The notes beneath the pieces are model-generated. The model worked only from the letters and a program-made list of their open reading frames with translations, was not told the origin of the DNA and did not search any database. A DNA stretch of 64,000 bases. Origin: Chrysomallon squamiferum (lineage: Eukaryota > Animalia > Mollusca). Where the stretch lies: assembly GCA_012295275.1 (NCBI GenBank), contig CM022679.1:15004001-15068000 (forward strand), read 5' to 3'. The position numbers and the translations under genes are program-made. Shown here one piece after another: positions 41,957 to 64,000 of this stretch. How positions within the stretch are numbered: the stretch's first letter is position 1; every line of letters starts with the position of its first letter.

Positions 41957-42096
41957 TATAAAAAGAAAATCGAATGAGAAAAATTTAGCGAAGCCCTAAT
42001 GAAAGAAACTACAAATTAATAAATAAATAAATAAATATATATCTTTTACAGTGTTCTCATACATATGTCTTTCTTTGTGAAAAAAAAATATATATA

Positions 42097-42140
<44 letters not shown>

Positions 42141-42201
42141 TTAAAAGAATACGAGAGAGTGTGTGTTTGTGTTTCTGTCTACAAATATTCCAATTATTTA
42201 T

Positions 42202-42280
<79 letters not shown>

Positions 42281-42963
42281 TTTTTGGAGGACGCAGTTGG
42301 ATTTTTATGTATTACATATTTTTAAGTGTCATTTTCTAAGCGGATTCTATGAGTTTGGTATTATAAAGGTATTAAGTTATGGAATAAACAGTACATCAAA
42401 TTATAAGGTTATACTGTGTAAATAACAAAACAGAAAATGCAATATATGTATTTTGTGTTTTTATCTAAAAAAGACTAAAACAACAACAAAAAATATTTAT
42501 GTACCAAATATGAAAAGTAACAATAAATCTATATACATGTGCATGTGTATGTGTATATATTTGGTTACATGTACAGATGCGCGTGCTAGCATGAATACAT
42601 ATACTGTGCATTTTATACGAAGCGTAACTTAATAAAGATTTATTATCGTTATTATTATTATCATCATCATCGTTATCATCAGCGTCATTATCAACATCAT
42701 CATCGTCATCATCATCATCATCATTATCATCATCATCATCATTATCATTATTATTATTATTATGATTATTATTGCTGTTCTTAGTTGTTTGTAGATGAGT
42801 TAGTATAACTCAGCTGAACTTCAGTCAGTTATATAAATATAATAATTTCACACGTAGGTTCATACAGTTACATACACACTATATGCATACGCACGCACGC
42901 ACACATACACTGTGCATTAGTTTACAGATACACAGTAATTCCGATAATTTTCTACTTCAATAG

Positions 42964-43005
<42 letters not shown>

Positions 43006-43098
43006 TTTTTTTTTTCCTATGGGAATATTAATAGTCCTTTAAGATACGTTAAGCTGAGTAAACTAACATAAAATCTACAGAATTAGCAAAACAACAGC

Positions 43099-43136
<38 letters not shown>

Positions 43137-43889
43137 CTATCTCTGTAGGTGATCGGAGTGTTTATGGTGGATCAATACAGTGTCTGTACTTTTAACAATT
43201 ACCTTGCATTACGACAGTCACAAACTTCTGTAGGTCAAGCATCTTTTTTCAAACAGTGGCATGTTTTGTCGTTGCTAGGCAACCAAAAACGCTATTTACT
43301 GGTATCGGTTGTAGTTTTCTTTGTGTGTGCTATCTGTGTGTGTGTTAATGTCGTAAACAGCCTTTGTAAGGTTATATTTGCGGCCATCTTCAGTCACGTT
43401 TTCTCGCGTCAATGCTACTACATACTGTAGGTAATATTCATATTCTGAAAAGCCGATGATCATAATAAATATTCGCTGGAGAGGAAAAAAAAAATAAAAA
43501 TAATAATGATACAGTCGTTATGTCGTGTATTAAATTTTTTTTTAAATCGTAAAAGAGATTTTAAATGTTAATGAAAAGCAAAATAAATTTGATAGCTGTA
43601 TGTGTTTGACTCTATTCGAGCGCGCGTCTTTGTACGTGGTGTATTAATGTGATTACCGTGCTAGAGCGTGTTTGAAAATCTGTTAATGCTTATATGTGTG
43701 AATAACTCGAATTTCAAAGCTTGCACTATTCCACTTTTTTTATACCTTGCTGCAAATGTCTTTTAATCATATCCACTAATTAAATCATATAAAATGTTGT
43801 ACAATCAAGTATTCAATCATGGGCGTATTCGTGTGATTTGCGTGCGTATATCTGCAGTTAGAGATTATAACATATACGTTTATATATAT

Positions 43890-43956
<67 letters not shown>

Positions 43957-45616
43957 GATGATTATGATAATGAAGAGGAAGAAGAAAAGAAGTCCGAACA
44001 AGAAAAGAGAAACAGAGAAAAAATAAAATAAAAAGCCAAAATTAAAATAATAATAATATTTGCTTTTTGTTTATTTTTCTCTCTTTTCGCAGTATTCGTA
44101 ACGAGTGTGTTTCATTTATCTGAAGACGTAAACATCATAATATTGTAAATAACCTTTATAAAATGACTTTCACTAACTAGAAGAATATATCGATAATTAA
44201 TTAGCGGCAATAATGAAGGGAGAGACACTTCTGTTTCAGGTGCTTAAAGGTAACACAATCGAAGCTATAGAGTTCGATATTAAACGCAGTTTGAAATAAC
44301 AGCCAAAGTGGCGTGATGTCGAATTGACCCACATTTCCCACGTACGATATACTATATATAGATTATATCGTGTAAATGGACGACACAACAACAATATATA
44401 AATAAATAAGAACAACAACGACAAGAACAAAAAACAAGTAACAACAAAAACAACAACATATAGTAAATAAATTAGAACAACAACAACATTAATAGTAATA
44501 ATAATAATAATAATAAATTAACAGATGTAAGTGTATGTATGTAAGTGTCTCTGCGCATGTTTGCATATACACGCACACACACACGTGCCTGTATGTATGT
44601 ATGTGTATGTAGTACTACTACAACTACTAATGACACTAATACTACTGCTACTACTACAACTACTAATTACACAAATACTACTGCTACTACTACAACTACA
44701 TTGCAACTAATATTGATACTAATGCTAATAACAATAATAATTCATACTACTAATAATAATAATAATAAAAAAATTCTACATTTCTCTTTATTGTTTTCGT
44801 TATTGTTTATAAAGTATACAATACACAATTATATGTACAGTAAAATAGGATAATATTTCTTTTACAGTATTCTCATACATATGTCCTTCTTTGTGACAAA
44901 AAATCTGTGATCAGACAGATCTAAAACATCTGCTACTTTTTAACGCATATTTGAAGTTGAAAATAACAATAATCTTTAAATTATAAACATATTGGTTAAT
45001 TTTTTTCCAATATCTATTGAATTAATAAGTATTATTCCTTACCGATTTCGAAAATGTTTAAATTCACTCAGAAAATATTCCACCATAAAGAGATTAAAAA
45101 ATATCATAAGTGTATCGATAAACAACAGTTAAAATAATTTAAAACAAGAACTAAAAATGTGTTTGAATTCTTTATTATTTCATAACATAGGGTTTCAGTT
45201 CCAAAAATCGTGATCTTGTTTTTTTAAATATAACTTTTGAGCTCAGATATTAACGCTCATCTAAGCCCTCCAAAAATATTTCCGTTGGTTATAGATACTG
45301 TTAGTTTCGAGTCACGATTTGAGACAAATTTAGAGATGTCTTTGTAATGGTGGGGTGGGTTTTAAGAATTACGCATTTAGCCGCACACACAAAAACTATT
45401 CAACCTGATCTTGCGATCATCCAGTTAAATCGTTGATTTTTCTTTTTGTTTTTTTGTTTTCCCAGTCGCTATAGCACTTAACAATAGGATTTTGTCACAT
45501 TACTCAGCTGCAGCCCTTTAAAAGCAGACTCTCGCTGTCCTGTGCCCAGATATTTTTCGATACTCGATAGAAAGCCAGAATCAAAGAGAAAGAAAAAAAA
45601 ACGATTTACAAGAGAA

Positions 45617-62946
<17,330 letters not shown>

Positions 62947-64000
62947 GTAAGTGTACAAATAAATATTCACCTTCCCCTGCTCCAGAGAAGTCATAAAATA
63001 TTAAATATAATGTCACATCAACTTAATGCTTTAAAATTTCCATACACTAAATAATATTAAAGTTATTTAATCCTTGCACTTTATTCTTGGTACATAATTA
63101 TCTCTGTAGTTTAACATGTTATATATTCTTGAACAAAAGTCATTCATGCACTAAAGAGGAACTTAATCTATGCTGTTTACATCACTAAATTTATTCACAC
63201 AGTTATTAATGTCATGTGATTCACACATACATACATACATAAAAACTTACAAACATTTACATACATACATACATACATACACACACACATATATACACAC
63301 ACATACCAACATACACACACACACACACACATAAACAGACATACACACCTACATTCATACACATAGACAGACATATATTCATACTTATTTACAGACCACT
63401 ATTAGAAACATATAGATGCATAGAAACAAATTCAGATAAGTATACTAACATATACACGCATAGATGTTAATCAGAATTATTATCTATGGCCTAAGAAGAA
63501 TTTTCAATTTTGCTTTACTTTATATTTACTTTATTTTTATCTACATTTTAATTTTTAATTTCACTTTACTTTTTCTTTATTTTTTCCCTACATTTTAATT
63601 TTACTTTATTTTATTTTCACTTTAAATATATTTCACATTATTTAAAAAAAATTTTTTTTACTTAATATTTATTTTCTTTTTTACTTTTACTTTTTTTGAA
63701 ATTTACTTTTACTTCCACTTTACCTTTATTTTACATTACTTTTAACTTTAATACATTCAACTTCACTGAAATTTCATTTGCTTTTCTTAATGTTTACTTA
63801 ACTTAAATTTACTTTTTATTTAATTCTACATACATTTTTACATTTAATTTCCCTTTCTTTTTTACTTAATTTTCACTTTATTTAACTTTCATTTTTCTTT
63901 TACATTAATTTAACAATACTACACACTTATGTTTTTAATTTTGATTTTATTATTGAAGCAAAAACATCTTTTGGTTAAAATTTAATACAATATTAATCAA

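Overview
AT-rich, microsatellite-dense eukaryotic (animal) genomic DNA, probably lophotrochozoan/molluscan (inference from gene content and repeat style only). Most ORFs in the supplied track are microsatellite artefacts; the real genes are spliced and were rebuilt by hand from GT-AG boundaries and reading phase. Five protein-coding genes: (1) CHTF18, minus strand, 19 exons from ATG 12988 to 548, running off the left edge; (2) a small FAM104/VCF-like gene, minus, 16324-18329; (3) an FkbM-family SAM methyltransferase with an N-terminal membrane anchor, minus, 21626-22713; (4) an intronless class A neuropeptide-type GPCR, minus, 32359-33450; (5) a large secreted protein, plus, at least 25 exons from 45617 running off the right edge, with an otoancorin/stereocilin/mesothelin-like C-terminal region behind a KRKRR furin-type site. 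Also present: several non-autonomous DNA transposons with TIRs and TSDs, two adjacent long inverted duplications at 36.5-37.8 kb, and tandem repeats. Two genes show an apparent 1-nt frameshift, probably an assembly error. No prokaryotic system, CRISPR array, tRNA or rRNA was seen. The best novelty candidate is gene 5. No database searches were run, so family calls rest on motif recognition.
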